This document shows, in pieces, positions 26,326-35,547 of a DNA stretch of 64,000 nucleotides (position 1 is the stretch's first letter; each line of letters starts with the position of its first letter). The position numbers and the translations under genes are program-made. The stretch is from Alphaproteobacteria bacterium (GTDB lineage Bacteria; Pseudomonadota; Alphaproteobacteria; Rhodospirillales; Rhodospirillaceae): assembly GCA_030432435.1 (NCBI GenBank), contig JAUIGX010000001.1, positions 3,014 through 67,013 of the forward strand. The letters run 5' to 3'. Below the pieces are notes generated by a model that was not told where the DNA came from, did no database searches, and worked only from the letters and a program-made list of their open reading frames with translations.

Positions 26326-26802
26326 GTGACCGCAATTTGCATCCGGCGCGCTTGTGCCGCCGACTCTCAGGACGTTGCCGCTTTGGTGCGGGAATCCTGG
26401 CTTGCCGCCAATCAAAACCTTTTACCCGGCGACACTGCCGATGCTTTGGCCCAAAGTGCCGATATCGGCGGTTTTGTTGCCGGAGAATGGCCAAGCGTCT
26501 GGATTGCCGAGATCGAAGGCGAAATCGCCGGGGTAGTTGGCGTTAACCCCGCCGGGGTGATTTGGGCGCTGTATGTCCGCCCAGGCTATCAGGGCTGCGG
26601 CATAGGCTCGGCCCTGTATGATGCAGCCATCAACACCCTCAAGCGTGCCGGGCAACGTAAGGCGCTGCTAGAGGTTCTAGCCGCCAATGAAAATGCCGTA
26701 GCTTTCTACCGCGCGCGCGGCTGGGTGCCCGAAGGCCGGCGCACCGAGCACATTCCCGGCTTCCGCTTCACTGCCGTAAGAATGGGATTGGCGCTGGCTT
26801 AG
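26326..26802 (+). CDS. GNAT-family N-acetyltransferase
   Basis: Acetyl-CoA motif A region (VRPGYQGCGIGSALYDAAINTLKRAG). GTG 26326 was chosen because the rpsU terminator lies inside the longer track ORF (26185..). Confidence 0.8.
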   Translation: MTAICIRRACAADSQDVAALVRESWLAANQNLLPGDTADALAQSADIGGFVAGEWPSVWIAEIEGEIAGVVGVNPAGVIWALYVRPGYQGCGIGSALYDAAINTLKRAGQRKALLEVLAANENAVAFYRARGWVPEGRRTEHIPGFRFTAVRMGLALA

Positions 26803-28751
26803 ATCTCGACCTGTGTGCCCACTTCCACAACACGGTCAGGCGGCAATTTGAAAAAGTCCATCGCACTGGTCGCCGAGCGCGACATCCAGGCAAATAAACC
26901 TTCACGCCAAAGCGCCATACCCGGACGGCGACTAGGAATCAGCGTTTCACGGCCCAGAAAATACGACGTTTCCATATTATTGAACTCGAAGTTCGACGGC
27001 GTCAGCGCCTGCAAATCAACGGGTATGTTCGTTGCGTCCATATATCCGTAGCGCATCACCATGCGATAGAAACGTCGGCCCAGGTGCTGCACTTCAATTC
27101 TTTGCTCTCCCAAGACATGCGGGTCTTCTTCCGTAACCACAGTTAGAAACACTACCCGTTCGTGCACGACTTTATTGTGTTTGAGGTTGTGCAACATCGC
27201 ATGGGGCACGCCGTCCACTGTTCCCGAAAGGAAAATGGCGGTACCGGGAACGCGGGTGATACTGGGGTTGAGAGATTCCAAAAACATCTCCACCGGCATG
27301 GCTTCTTCCGCCATACGGTTGAACAAAAGTTTCCGGCCCTTCTTCCAGGTCATCAGCAACAGAAAAATCGCCGCCCCGACCAATAGCGGCACCCATCCAC
27401 CGGATGTGATCTTGGTGGCATTTGATGCGACGAAGGCAACATCGACGATCAGGAGCGTAATAGTGATCGCTCCTGCGATCCATGCCTTCCATTTCCACAT
27501 CATGAACATCGCCACTGCCACCAATAAAGTGTCGATCAGCATGGTCGTGGAGAGAGCCACACCGTAGGCCGAAGCCAGTCCGTTAGAGGACTGAAACCCG
27601 AGCACCAGAAGAATGACGACGGCCAGTAGCATCCAGTTCACAAAGGGTATGTATATCTGCCCGGATTCCGATTCCGAAGTGTGGACCGTGGCCATACGCG
27701 GCAGAAATCCGAGTTGCATGGCTTGGCGAGTTACCGAGTACGATCCGGTGATCACAGCCTGAGACGCGATAACCGTAGCCACGGTTGCGAGACCAACCAT
27801 GGGCAACGCGGCCCATTCCGGGACCATTCGATAAAATGGGCTGGTGACGGCCTCCGGTGTGTGCAGCAATAGAGCGCCTTGCCCAAAGTAATTGAGTGTT
27901 AAGGCCGGCAGGACAAACGAAACCCATGAGCGTTTGACAGGCTCCCGGCCAAAGTGCCCCATATCGGCGTACAGCGCCTCGCCGCCAGTCACCACAAGGA
28001 TTACAGCCGAAAGCGACAGAAATGCCGCAGTCGGGTGAACCGTGAAGAATTGAAAAGCATACCAGGGATTAAGCGCCACCAAGATCTCGGGGGCCTTAAC
28101 GATATTTATCACGCCGATGATCGCAAGGACGATGAACCACACGATCATTACCGGCCCGAAGAGCCGTCCGACTTTCTCGGTCCCGCGACTTTGAAAAAGA
28201 AACAACGCAACCAAAATACCGATGGTCAATGGAATAACAAAACGGCCCAGTCCCGGCAGTGCGACTTCAAGCCCTTCAACAGCGCTGAGGACCGAAATCG
28301 CCGGCGTGATCATACTGTCGCCGTAAAACAAAGCGCCTGCGGTTACACCCAAGATGATGATCAACGGTGACAACCAGCTGCGACGATCTCCCTTTACCGC
28401 TTGGTTCAAGCGTGCGAGCAGAGCCAGACTACCGCCCTGCCCCTTATTGTCGGCCATCGTCATCAACATTGTGTATTTGAGCGTCACCACAACGATCAGC
28501 GCCCAGAACACAAGTGAGAGCAGACCAAAGATATTGATCTCATCGACAGCCATCGGGTGATTGCCGGTAAAGGCCTGCCGAATAGCGTAGAGAGGGCTGG
28601 TGCCGATATCGCCGTATATAACGCCAATCGCACCGATCATCAGGGCGCGCATAGAATGCGCACGCGCGGTATGCTCATCGCCTCCTTCAGCAGGAGCAAT
28701 GGTCTCGGGCTGTGACGATTGGGATGGATCGCCAGGCGTTTCCTGGTTCAT
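26799..28751 (-). CDS. kup: KUP/HAK/KT-family potassium transporter
   Basis: Motif GVIYGDIGTSPLY near the N-terminus, about 12 TM segments and a cytoplasmic C-terminal domain, 650 aa in total. Confidence 0.95.
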   Translation of the reverse strand: MNQETPGDPSQSSQPETIAPAEGGDEHTARAHSMRALMIGAIGVIYGDIGTSPLYAIRQAFTGNHPMAVDEINIFGLLSLVFWALIVVVTLKYTMLMTMADNKGQGGSLALLARLNQAVKGDRRSWLSPLIIILGVTAGALFYGDSMITPAISVLSAVEGLEVALPGLGRFVIPLTIGILVALFLFQSRGTEKVGRLFGPVMIVWFIVLAIIGVINIVKAPEILVALNPWYAFQFFTVHPTAAFLSLSAVILVVTGGEALYADMGHFGREPVKRSWVSFVLPALTLNYFGQGALLLHTPEAVTSPFYRMVPEWAALPMVGLATVATVIASQAVITGSYSVTRQAMQLGFLPRMATVHTSESESGQIYIPFVNWMLLAVVILLVLGFQSSNGLASAYGVALSTTMLIDTLLVAVAMFMMWKWKAWIAGAITITLLIVDVAFVASNATKITSGGWVPLLVGAAIFLLLMTWKKGRKLLFNRMAEEAMPVEMFLESLNPSITRVPGTAIFLSGTVDGVPHAMLHNLKHNKVVHERVVFLTVVTEEDPHVLGEQRIEVQHLGRRFYRMVMRYGYMDATNIPVDLQALTPSNFEFNNMETSYFLGRETLIPSRRPGMALWREGLFAWMSRSATSAMDFFKLPPDRVVEVGTQVEI

Positions 28752-28898
28752 ATCAAATGCCGCAAACCTGTCTGCGGGGATGGGGCCGAAAGTGGCTACC
28801 CATTAAATCAAGTGGGCTCTTAAAACTTAAGTCGCCATTAAAAAGCGGGCCCCCTGTAGCACTCCGGCAACCTAATGCAAAGGCTTGAGAGGTTAAGA

Positions 28899-29648
28899 TT
28901 AACCATTTTTAGGTTTATTTTTACGTCGCCCATCGCCCCACGGGTATACTGTGAGCGCAGGCCAGTTCGAATGCCAGCTGGCCGCTTTTTCGGCGTAAAT
29001 GTCCGTCAACGGTAAGCCACGGTTGGGGCGGACAACCATGTCCCATATGTCACCGAGCCCAAACGGAGCATACACATCCAAAAAATCATCGCCGGTGCGC
29101 TTTATACCCACAGTTTGCGGAGAAGCCGGGAATCGTAAGATCCCCTCCCCCGCCGTCGTCAGCGGCGGATACGCGACACCGAATTTCTCCGTGTACCAGA
29201 GGTGTACCCTCGCCTGATTACGGACCTGCACCTTGACGTTCAGATCCTTAAAGAGAATATCGGCATTGCGAATGACCTCATCCTCTGCCGTCCAGGACGA
29301 ATCTTCAGAAAAATAGCAAATGTCATAGTCATCGATATTTCGGTCGGCCGGTCGGCCGCTCTTTAAATTCCACACGGTCTGAAACAAGCAGCCCGACGTC
29401 AGCCACCAGTCACGAAGACCGAGTTCTGGAAACCGCTCCAATATCAGGGCGTTGTTTCTATTTAAGAGGCAAAGTTCAGCGACCCGCGCTGCGAGCCGCT
29501 CGGAGACCGTGTCATGCGAGTCGTCTGCCGGAGGGTCAAATAACGTTAACGGCGTCGGCTCCGCACGCTGACGGTGCGGCTGCGATTTAGGACGCGGAAA
29601 CAAGCGAACGCGCAAACGTCGCCCATCAGATAGGAAAATATGGGCCAT
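28899..29648 (-). CDS. Nucleotidyltransferase-family protein (NTP_transf_6/DUF925-like)
   Basis: Pattern NRNNALILERFPELGLRDWWLTSGCLFQTVWN....P....DDYDICYF, which matches my recollection of PF06042. ATG 29648 was chosen inside the longer track ORF. Confidence 0.55.
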   Translation of the reverse strand: MAHIFLSDGRRLRVRLFPRPKSQPHRQRAEPTPLTLFDPPADDSHDTVSERLAARVAELCLLNRNNALILERFPELGLRDWWLTSGCLFQTVWNLKSGRPADRNIDDYDICYFSEDSSWTAEDEVIRNADILFKDLNVKVQVRNQARVHLWYTEKFGVAYPPLTTAGEGILRFPASPQTVGIKRTGDDFLDVYAPFGLGDIWDMVVRPNRGLPLTDIYAEKAASWHSNWPALTVYPWGDGRRKNKPKNG

Positions 29649-29729
29649 TAACTGGAAAGCTCGCCAAGCTGACGCGAACACCAACATATAGCTTTGGTGT
29701 TCGGGTGGCGAGCCTTGGCCCGCCCGGGA

Positions 29730-29885
29730 TTATTTGGCTGCGTCTTCGACGGCCTTGCCGCCACTTTTAATGTCTTTGCCCATACCCTCAATAGTATTGC
29801 AGGCCCCCAGCAAAGACGCCGCACCAAAAGCAATAAGCACAGACAAAACAGCCGTGCGAAATTTAGATGTGAACTGAGTAGTCAT
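29730..29885 (-). CDS. Entericidin A/B-family small lipoprotein, 51 aa; absent from the ORF track
   Basis: Hand translation gives MTTQFTSKFRTAVLSVLIAFGAASLLGACNTIEGMGKDIKSGGKAVEDAAK*. Lipobox LLGAC followed by NT.EG.GKD....G, typical of EcnA/EcnB. The length is 156 nt, in frame. Confidence 0.75.
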   Translation of the reverse strand: MTTQFTSKFRTAVLSVLIAFGAASLLGACNTIEGMGKDIKSGGKAVEDAAK

Positions 29886-29997
29886 GGGGTCGTGATCCTC
29901 TATTTTAAATCTTGAGAGAACAAAAGCACACCTATCGGTAGAAACTCAACTTCAGAAACGAATGTAGCGGTAAATGGGTGTCAGGCCAAGGTGCGGC

Positions 29998-30022
29998 GGA
30001 ACAATCATCAATGGCAGGCGTT
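29998..30022 (+). promoter_or_regulatory. Candidate EcfG-type (general stress response) promoter
   Basis: GGAAC (29998..30002), a 16-nt spacer, then CGTT (30019..30022). It lies about 220 nt upstream of the ElaB-like start. Confidence 0.35.
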
Positions 30023-30245
30023 GGCGCTTATTGGGTGGGACGCCGCCCACCGGTTAAGGCTCTGGACTGCAATCCTGCAACATATATCATTTCCAAACGT
30101 TGCTAACGAGCCTGCCGATACACATATGGTGCATGCCTATGCGCGGCGGAACATAGGCAAAACAGAATTCAGGTCTTTCCGGCATTTTCATGCCGCGGTT
30201 GCCGCGAAAGATCATCTAGCCCTTTTAAACTTAAGGAGATTTCAA

Positions 30246-30542
30246 ATGGCGAATAAAGTCAGTAACGGTAACCAAGAGTTATCCTTGCGCGATGAACTCG
30301 AGCAGGTCAGCGGCATGATTGCACATTTAAGCAAACGTGCGGTCGATGAAGGTCAGGACAAGGTCAGCGAAGAAATCGCTCATTTGCGGGCTGCCGCTGA
30401 CGAACTGATGAAGCGCACAAACACGCGGGCACAGGCCACATTACAAACGGCTTCCGCGCAGGTCCAAGAACATCCCATGAGCAGTCTCCTGGGTGCCTTT
30501 ACCGCCGGCGCCGTCGTAGCAGCGCTTCTGTCGCGCCGTTAA
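30246..30542 (+). CDS. DUF883 (ElaB/YqjD-like) C-tail-anchored stress protein
   Basis: ATG 30246 is preceded by AAGGAGA. A coiled N-terminal part is followed by a C-terminal anchor (HPMSSLLGAFTAGAVVAALLSRR), typical of ElaB/YqjD. Confidence 0.8.
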   Translation: MANKVSNGNQELSLRDELEQVSGMIAHLSKRAVDEGQDKVSEEIAHLRAAADELMKRTNTRAQATLQTASAQVQEHPMSSLLGAFTAGAVVAALLSRR

Positions 30543-30548
30543 ACCACG

Positions 30549-30992
30549 GTGGATATTTTTGGGACTATGTTGCAGGCATTGGCAGCCAAACAGGCTGTCG
30601 ATGCCGCCAAGGAGGAAGTGCGCAGCGGGCTGATCACAGTCGCGCTGGGGCTGATATGCATCGCTCTGCTTCTGGGGGGACTTGGATTTATTGCAAGCGC
30701 CAGTCACACGGCGTTGCTCGCGGTCGTCTCCCCGGCTGAAGCCGCCGCTATTGTCGGCTTCGTGTTACTGTTGATCGCGGTGGGCCTCGGGCTTTTTATT
30801 GCCCGGCAAATGCGCGGCAACACCAAACCTGCCGGTAAAGGACAAAGCGCTCCGCAGCTCGACATAGAAACCCTGGAGCAAGCCCTTAACGTCGTATCTG
30901 CTGAAGTTAAGAAGAACCCGGGGACGTCGGTGCTGCTTGCCTGCGCCGCCGGATTCCTTGCCTATGATGCGTTTATAAAGCCGCGCCGCTAG
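30549..30992 (+). CDS. Small membrane protein (YqjE/holin-like topology)
   Basis: It starts 7 nt after the ElaB-like gene and has two long hydrophobic helices. The gene order parallels E. coli yqjD-yqjE. The family call is tentative. Confidence 0.45.
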   Translation: MDIFGTMLQALAAKQAVDAAKEEVRSGLITVALGLICIALLLGGLGFIASASHTALLAVVSPAEAAAIVGFVLLLIAVGLGLFIARQMRGNTKPAGKGQSAPQLDIETLEQALNVVSAEVKKNPGTSVLLACAAGFLAYDAFIKPRR

Positions 30993-31005
30993 GGCGCGGC
31001 TTTAT
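30975..31005. terminator. Bidirectional palindromic terminator overlapping two convergent stop codons
   Basis: ATAAAGCCGCGCC-GCTAG-GGCGCGGCTTTAT, with 13-nt perfect arms. The TAG of the plus-strand gene is in the loop. The TAA of pntB (31002..31004, minus strand) is in the right arm. Confidence 0.65.
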
Positions 31006-32393
31006 AACGAACCTACGATTTCCTCGGTCATTTTCTTGGCATCGCCGAAGAGCATCATAGTGTTGTCGCGGAAGAACAATTCGTTGTCGACGCCGGCGTA
31101 CCCCGCAGCCATAGAGCGCTTCACAAACAACACCGTCTTCGCTTTTTCCACATCGAGAATCGGCATGCCGTAAATCGGGCTCGCGGGATCAGATTTCGCG
31201 ACCGGGTTCGTAACGTCGTTGGCGCCGATCACATACACCGCATCTGCAGTCGAGAACTCGTGATTGATTTCTTCCAACTCGAATACTTCGTCGTAAGGCA
31301 CGTTGGCCTCCGCGAGCAGCACATTCATGTGCCCAGGCATACGGCCCGCCACCGGGTGGATGGCGTACTTCACGTCCACGCCTTCGGCTTTTAGCTGATC
31401 AGCCATCTCGCGCAGCGCATGCTGGGCCTGAGCCACCGCCATACCGTAGCCCGGCACGATAATTACCTTCGACGCGTTCTTCATAATGAAAGCCGCATCA
31501 TCGGCCGACCCTGCCTTTACCGGCCGTTGCTCTTTAGAGCCCGCCGGCCCTGCGGCGGCCGTGTCGCCGCCAAACCCGCCGAGAATAACGTTAAAGATCG
31601 AGCGGTTCATGCCTTTGCACATGATGTAGGACAGGATCGCGCCCGAGGAACCCACCAGCGCGCCGACAATAATGAGCAGGCTGTTCTGTAGAGTGAACCC
31701 GATACCTGCCGCCGCCCAGCCGGAGTAGCTGTTGAGCATGGATACGACGACGGGCATGTCTGCGCCGCCGATCGGCAGGATCAACAAGAACCCCAACACG
31801 AAACTGACCGCCATAAGCGCAAAGAACAAATTGTAGTCCTCGGTCAGGCAAAACAGGATCACGAGGACCACCATGGAGATGCCGAGCACCGCATTTAGAA
31901 AATGCTGCCCTTTGAACACCAGCGGATTGCCGGTCATCAAACCCTGCAACTTGGCAAAAGCAATAATCGAGCCTGAAAACGTGATCGCGCCGATGGCAAG
32001 GCCCAGAGACATCTCGGCCAAACTACCCGGCGCAATGTTACCGACAGTCCCAATGTTGTAACTCTCAGGCGAGAGCAACGCTGCAGTTGCCACCAGCACC
32101 GCCGCAAGGCCCACCAAACTGTGAAAGGCGGCCACAAGCTGCGGCAGCGCGGTCATCTGAATTTTTCGCGCGGTTATTGCGCCTATCGCTCCGCCGATTG
32201 CGATACCTGCAACAATCCATTCGTAGCTTTGGACGACCGGGGAGGCGATTGTGGTGATAATCGCTATCGCCATACCGATCATGCCGAGGGTGTTGCCGCG
32301 GCGCGAGGTTTCAGGATTGGAAAGACCGCGAAGGGTCAGGATGAAAAATATGCCTGCAATAATGTAGGCAAAAAGTGTGACGCCCAATGTCAT
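31002..32393 (-). CDS. pntB: NAD(P) transhydrogenase subunit beta
   Basis: Multi-TM N-terminal half and a C-terminal NADP(H)-binding dIII domain (VIIVPGYGMAVAQAQH, GRMPGHMNVLLAEA). Confidence 0.95.
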   Translation of the reverse strand: MTLGVTLFAYIIAGIFFILTLRGLSNPETSRRGNTLGMIGMAIAIITTIASPVVQSYEWIVAGIAIGGAIGAITARKIQMTALPQLVAAFHSLVGLAAVLVATAALLSPESYNIGTVGNIAPGSLAEMSLGLAIGAITFSGSIIAFAKLQGLMTGNPLVFKGQHFLNAVLGISMVVLVILFCLTEDYNLFFALMAVSFVLGFLLILPIGGADMPVVVSMLNSYSGWAAAGIGFTLQNSLLIIVGALVGSSGAILSYIMCKGMNRSIFNVILGGFGGDTAAAGPAGSKEQRPVKAGSADDAAFIMKNASKVIIVPGYGMAVAQAQHALREMADQLKAEGVDVKYAIHPVAGRMPGHMNVLLAEANVPYDEVFELEEINHEFSTADAVYVIGANDVTNPVAKSDPASPIYGMPILDVEKAKTVLFVKRSMAAGYAGVDNELFFRDNTMMLFGDAKKMTEEIVGSL

Positions 32394-32402
32394 GACGATT
32401 CC

Positions 32403-32741
32403 CTATTTGCCTTTTTTCTTGAACATTTGAAGCATGCGCTGGGTCACGATGAACCCACCGAAGATATTCACCGAGGCCAAAACCACCGCCAAAAATCCTA
32501 GAATTTTTGATGGTCCCAACATCTCAGGTCCGGCGGCGAGGATCGCCCCGACGATAATCACGCTGGATACAGCGTTCGTAACGGCCATCAGCGGTGAATG
32601 AAGCGCAGGTGTGACGCTCCAGACCACGTAGAAGCCGACAAACACTGCCAATACGAAGATGGTGAGCAGATACCAAAAGTCAGCGGGGCCGTGGGCCGCC
32701 ATGCCGGCGGTCTGCTGCGCGAGGGCGTGCATATTTTCCAT
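32403..32741 (-). CDS. pntAB: NAD(P) transhydrogenase subunit alpha, part 2 (membrane part)
   Basis: 112 aa with 3-4 TM helices, positioned between the alpha-1 and beta genes as in Rhodospirillum-type split transhydrogenases. Confidence 0.9.
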   Translation of the reverse strand: MENMHALAQQTAGMAAHGPADFWYLLTIFVLAVFVGFYVVWSVTPALHSPLMAVTNAVSSVIIVGAILAAGPEMLGPSKILGFLAVVLASVNIFGGFIVTQRMLQMFKKKGK

Positions 32742-32752
32742 AGAAGCCTCCG

Positions 32753-33901
32753 TTAACCCGCAAGCTGCGGGTGGACAATATTACCGTCTTTGGTGACAAG
32801 CGTTCCCTTTACCAATTCATCGTCCCAATTGATTTTAAGCGTTCCGCTTTCCTTATCGAGCATCGGCGTCACGAAATTGAGAATGTTCTTGGCGAAAAAG
32901 GTGCTGGCGTCGCGGCCAAGGCGGGACGGCATATTGGTATAACCGATGATAGTGACGCCATTCGCAGTGGTCGTAACTTCGTCCTTAACCGTTCCATCCA
33001 CATTGCCGCCGGCTTCCGCCGCCAAATCAACGATGACCGAGCCCGCTTTCATCCCTGCGACCATATCGGCCGTAACAAGCTTCGGCGCAGGCCGTCCGGG
33101 AATAAGGGCGGTGGTGATGACGATGTCCGATTTCAACACTTCGGTTTTCACCGCTTCGGCTTGCTTCTTTTTGAAATCGTCGTCCATTTCTTTGGCATAG
33201 CCAGCCGAGGTTTCTGCCGCTTTCATCTTTTCTTCGTCAACGACGATGAATTTTCCGCCAAGAGACTCGACCTGTTCCTTCGCCGCATAGCGCACGTCAG
33301 TTGCCAGCACGACGGCGCCCATGCGCTTAGCGGTGGCGATGGCTTGCAAACCCGCGACCCCCGCACCGAACACCAGCACTCGCGCCGGCGCGATCGTGCC
33401 CGCCGCCGTCATCATCATCGGCATCGCCCGCCCGAACGTGGACGCGGCATCGACCACGGCCTTGTATCCAGAAAGGTTTGATTGCGACGAGAGAATGTCC
33501 ATGGCCTGAGCACGACTAATGCGCGGCATTAGTTCCAGAGCGAAGGTCGTGACCCCCTGCTTGGCCAGCGCCTCCATCAATGGTTTATCGGTCAGCGCTT
33601 GAAGGTGTGCCATCAGCACGGACCCCGACTTCAGGTACCCAACCTCATCGGTGCCTTCAGCTGCCGTCATCGGTTTCTGGATCTTGAGAACCAAATCGGC
33701 GGACCCCGCCGCAGATGCGGCGTCCGCTGCGATGGTGGCACCAACGTCCTTGAACGCATCATCGGAAATTTGCGATCCGGCGCCAGCACCGGCTTCAACA
33801 GCGACTTTACACCCGGCTGCCACGAATTTTTTCACCGAGTCCGGTGAAGCCGCCACACGAAATTCACCGGCGCGACGCTCCTTCAAAACAGCAATTTGCA
33901 T
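32753..33901 (-). CDS. pntAA: NAD(P) transhydrogenase subunit alpha, part 1 (dI, NAD(H)-binding)
   Basis: N-terminus MQIAVLKERRAGEFRVAASPDSVKK and Rossmann motif VLVFGAGVAGLQAIATAKRMGA (alanine-dehydrogenase-like). ATG 33901 was chosen inside the longer track ORF. Confidence 0.95.
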   Translation of the reverse strand: MQIAVLKERRAGEFRVAASPDSVKKFVAAGCKVAVEAGAGAGSQISDDAFKDVGATIAADAASAAGSADLVLKIQKPMTAAEGTDEVGYLKSGSVLMAHLQALTDKPLMEALAKQGVTTFALELMPRISRAQAMDILSSQSNLSGYKAVVDAASTFGRAMPMMMTAAGTIAPARVLVFGAGVAGLQAIATAKRMGAVVLATDVRYAAKEQVESLGGKFIVVDEEKMKAAETSAGYAKEMDDDFKKKQAEAVKTEVLKSDIVITTALIPGRPAPKLVTADMVAGMKAGSVIVDLAAEAGGNVDGTVKDEVTTTANGVTIIGYTNMPSRLGRDASTFFAKNILNFVTPMLDKESGTLKINWDDELVKGTLVTKDGNIVHPQLAG

Positions 33902-34139
33902 GGCAATATCCTTAAATACGGCGGCGGGCGAAGTATTGAGCCCCACTCTTAGTTGAGGATTCCGTAGGCGAGAAGCGCATACAACCAGATTTACGCCCCA
34001 ATTGCCAAGCCCAACCTCCATAGAGGGCTATAAGCTATGAAACATCACGCCCTCTCATCCCCATAGGCAAACTACTCGAGAATCCGATAGACTAGCTTCC
34101 GAGCACCGGGATGAGAAAGCAGCAAGGGCGAGCACTATC

Positions 34140-35066
34140 ATGCGGTCAAGACAGCCACTTTCTAAAGTCAGTACGGTAATCGCGCTATTGCTGGGTTGCG
34201 CTGCAGCGTCCCCAGGCAAAGCAGATAATATTGAACAAATCGAACGCCTCACCTACTCCGCTATGCTCGGCGGCCTACATGTAGCAGACCTCATGGTCAC
34301 TCTAGATCAAAGCCAAGCCGGATATACCTCGGGCCTTGAGGTCGTCTCTCGTGGGGTCGTGCGGTGGGTGCAGGATTTTCGCGCCGACATAAACGGTGAA
34401 GGAGAGTTTGCACCTGCGCCACTCCCAAACGGCGCCGAAGCGTTGCAGCCTCTGCCAGTCAGTTTTCAAAGAGAATGGACCGGAGGTGAAATCGCCTCCC
34501 AAATGATGATGACATTCGCTCCGGGTACACGCGAGGCGATCGTCAATGAACGCCTGTACAATCCGGTGACCGGGGAAGAATTGTCCCGTGATGACATGCC
34601 TTGGAACGAAGACGAGCGCCGCGAGGATACTGAGCCTGTGCCCGAAGAACTGCGCCGAAACGTCCTAGACCCCATGGGGGCATTCATTGCGGCGCGCCGT
34701 CAAATCATGGCCCAGGGTGGCGCAACAGGCGCCGCCAAAAGCTTCCGGGTGCCGATATACGATGGCCGGCGTCGGTACGACATTGTCGGCAAAACGGCTC
34801 CGATACGAAGCACCGCAATTAACGGGAAAGAAACAGCCGTCGTACCCGTCTCGGTCACTCTAGAACCCGTGTTCGGATTCAATGCGAGATCAAGTAATCG
34901 CATGACCGATGTTGATAATCGTTTATATTTCTCAGCCGATGGACGGTTCATCCCCATTCAATTCACGATGCTCAGCAACATGTTCGCGGTTGTGATCAAC
35001 CTGCAAACGGATTGCGCCATAAACCCGATGCCTTGTGAAACGTTCGGGCAAGAACCGCCCTCGTAA
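34140..35066 (+). CDS. Exported hypothetical protein (DUF3108-like)
   Basis: Signal peptide with a possible lipobox (LLLGCAAA). The composition is beta-rich. The family assignment is from memory only. Confidence 0.45.
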   Translation: MRSRQPLSKVSTVIALLLGCAAASPGKADNIEQIERLTYSAMLGGLHVADLMVTLDQSQAGYTSGLEVVSRGVVRWVQDFRADINGEGEFAPAPLPNGAEALQPLPVSFQREWTGGEIASQMMMTFAPGTREAIVNERLYNPVTGEELSRDDMPWNEDERREDTEPVPEELRRNVLDPMGAFIAARRQIMAQGGATGAAKSFRVPIYDGRRRYDIVGKTAPIRSTAINGKETAVVPVSVTLEPVFGFNARSSNRMTDVDNRLYFSADGRFIPIQFTMLSNMFAVVINLQTDCAINPMPCETFGQEPPS

Positions 35067-35067
35067 C

Positions 35068-35472
35068 TCAGAGATTTTTTCTCGACCTAAGCAGCGCCTC
35101 CGCCAAATCTGTCACGACCCATTCCTTCGTGATCAAGCTATCCTCAAAGTGACTCACAACCATGTCACGCCATGTGATTTGGAGGCCCGAGGCCGGGAAG
35201 CCCTGGAATTTTCCCGTGTGGTTCCCTCGTAGGGTTCTCTGCCAGGCGACGCAGCTATCGGCTTCCATCAGAACCTGCACAGAGACCTGCAAGCTGGAAA
35301 AGGACTTATGAATCTGTTTCGTAAATCCTCCAATGACTTCGTGACCGACTCTCTCGCTGCCACCGGTTGCCACGACATAATTTTTGCTGAAGTAGTCTGG
35401 GATATTGTCGATGGCGCCTTGCTCGACAATTCGATGATTAGCCTCCAGTATTCGTGAACCGAGAAAGCTCAT
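35068..35472 (-). CDS. SnoaL-like ester cyclase family protein
   Basis: ATG 35472 is preceded by GGAGG. Pattern ...WQRTLRGNHTGKFQGFPASGLQITWRDMVVSHFEDSLITKEW, typical of the ester cyclase/SnoaL fold. Confidence 0.7.
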   Translation of the reverse strand: MSFLGSRILEANHRIVEQGAIDNIPDYFSKNYVVATGGSERVGHEVIGGFTKQIHKSFSSLQVSVQVLMEADSCVAWQRTLRGNHTGKFQGFPASGLQITWRDMVVSHFEDSLITKEWVVTDLAEALLRSRKNL

Positions 35473-35547
35473 ATTGTTGCCTCCACAATTTGTGATTGAT
35501 GACTCCCTTGGTGCTCGGTGAATTCCCTGAGGCAACAAAGCGATGCA

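Noticed and set aside
29991-30245. An 85-codon N-terminal extension of the ElaB-like ORF as listed in the ORF track (183 aa).
   Set aside because: The extension has no DUF883 similarity and begins with a non-ATG codon. The ATG at 30246 has a strong AAGGAGA SD and gives the typical ~100-aa family length.
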